A stretch of DNA of 32,000 nucleotides, from positions 870,001-902,000 of the forward strand of contig NZ_CP034549.1 of the NCBI RefSeq assembly GCF_003966335.1, in the 5' to 3' direction. Positions within the stretch are counted from its first letter, which is position 1. Each line of letters opens with the position of its first letter. The notes under the pieces are model-generated. The model ran no database searches, had not been told where the DNA came from, and was given only the letters and a program-made list of their open reading frames with translations. Source of the DNA: Nonlabens ponticola. GTDB taxonomy: Bacteria > Bacteroidota > Bacteroidia > Flavobacteriales > Flavobacteriaceae. A program made the position numbers and the translations under genes. Below are positions 31,389-32,000 of this stretch, piece by piece.

Positions 31389-31510
31389 AAATTGGTTGAC
31401 CTGAGTGCGGCTGGTCATACCTTGTTTTCTTGATAAGAATTCATGAGGCAATCTTGCAGCGCAGTATAATTGTAGCACCGATTTATTTTGTTGTTCTCAA
31501 ACGGTTTGAT

Positions 31511-31548
31511 GGTTACGCTTTCGCGAAAGCGTAATTACAAAAACCATA
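31511..31548 (+). repeat. palindromic element copy 8 (between thyA and the egtB-like gene)
   Basis: GGTTACGCTTTCGCGAAAGCGTAA is present, with the 22-nt perfect palindrome TTACGCTTTCGCGAAAGCGTAA at 31513-31534. It is followed by the flank TTACAAAAACCATA. Confidence 0.85.
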
Positions 31549-31631
31549 TTGCATCGTTTAGGTCACGCCTTTAACGCCAGCTTAGCACATCGCCGTTTTT
31601 TCTTATAGCTACAATATTCTAACTTTGAGAG

Positions 31632-32000
31632 GTGAACCGACCAGAATCCTACCTAGACTTTTTCAATCAGACGCGTGCCGCTACTGAAAATCTATGCAAG
31701 CCACTAGCTACCGAAGATTATGTGGTGCAGCCCATCGTTGATGTGTCGCCGCCCAAATGGCATCTGGGTCACACGACCTGGTTTTTTGAGGAGTTCTTGC
31801 TAGTGCCTTATTTGCCGCATTACGAGCGTTATGATGAGCGCTATGCCTACGTTTTTAATAGTTATTATGAGAGTATGGGCAAGCGTGTGGTGCGCACTGA
31901 TCGTGGTAATTTATCACGGCCTAGTGTTGCAGATGTTTACAAATATCGAGCGCACGTCAATGAACATATGCAAAAGTTACTGGCGAGCGAGCTGGCTACT
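31632..32000 (+). CDS. egtB: EgtB-like sulfoxide synthase (ergothioneine biosynthesis), N-terminal DinB-like domain; 3' end beyond the window
   Basis: My translation from the GTG at 31632 (in-frame TGA at 31626) reads VNRPESYLDFFNQTRAATENLCKPLATEDYVVQPIVDVSPPKWHLGHTTWFFEEFLLVPYLPHYERYDERYAYVFNSYYESMGK. The SPPKWHLGHTTWFFE block is the iron-binding DinB motif of EgtB/OvoA-type enzymes. The ORF is not in the track because it is truncated. Confidence 0.75.
   Translation, partial: MNRPESYLDFFNQTRAATENLCKPLATEDYVVQPIVDVSPPKWHLGHTTWFFEEFLLVPYLPHYERYDERYAYVFNSYYESMGKRVVRTDRGNLSRPSVADVYKYRAHVNEHMQKLLASELAT

Noticed and set aside
216-31548. Whether the 8 palindromic repeats could be a CRISPR array or degenerate CRISPR repeats.
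   Set aside because: Copies are separated by 2.3-7.1 kb of ordinary genes rather than 25-50 nt spacers, there are no cas genes, and the core is a full palindrome with an asymmetric flank.
31620-31627. An exact TAACTTTG -7 box in front of the egtB-like gene as a called promoter.
   Set aside because: It ends only 4 nt before the only plausible start codon (GTG 31632), so it is not compatible with a normal leader. I kept it as a comment rather than a feature.
1-32000. A search for defence, toxin-antitoxin, secretion-system, biosynthetic-cluster or prophage modules as the promised novel system.
   Set aside because: Every sizeable ORF is either a recognisable housekeeping gene or an isolated hypothetical surface or lipoprotein gene. 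No co-oriented cluster of unknown genes, nuclease/ATPase/helicase combination or mobility signature is present.

Overview
This 32 kb window looks like core chromosome of a Bacteroidota, Flavobacteriaceae-like bacterium. The taxon call rests on TAnnTTTG -7 promoter boxes, the absence of Shine-Dalgarno sequences, DUF5686 outer-membrane proteins and many lipoproteins with a Cys lipobox. I support 28 protein-coding genes. They are, in order: rpoN (5' part), asnS, an MMPL/RND-superfamily transporter, a membrane-tethered XRE-HTH protein, a DUF5686-like outer-membrane protein, frr, pyrH, two tandem paralogous lipoproteins, tsf, rpsB, rpsI, rplM, a hypothetical lipoprotein, a deoxynucleoside kinase, a small lipoprotein, an App1/DUF2183-like phosphatase, the membrane pyrophosphatase hppA, a tail-fibre-like secreted protein, a second DUF5686 protein with a CarboxypepD_reg-like N-terminus, pdhB, etfB, etfA, a DUF151 bifunctional nuclease, an N-terminally extended NupC-family nucleoside transporter, a small hypothetical, thyA, and the 5' part of an egtB-like gene. 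I see no rRNA, tRNA, CRISPR array, transposase, integrase, phage block, toxin-antitoxin pair or recognisable defence system. I cannot honestly claim a novel multi-gene system here. The most unusual signal is at the DNA level. A roughly 40-nt element built on the perfect palindrome GCTTTCGCGAAAGC occurs 8 times, always in the same orientation. Six copies are intergenic, one of them inside the etfB-etfA spacer. Two copies lie in frame inside conserved CDSs (rpoN and a DUF5686 gene), where both encode LSRKR. Secondary observations are a (TTGAAC)-type hexamer tandem repeat, a structured rpsB leader, two lipoprotein genes splitting the conserved rpsB-tsf/pyrH-frr cluster, several candidate operator repeats, and a nuclease-NupC gene pair.
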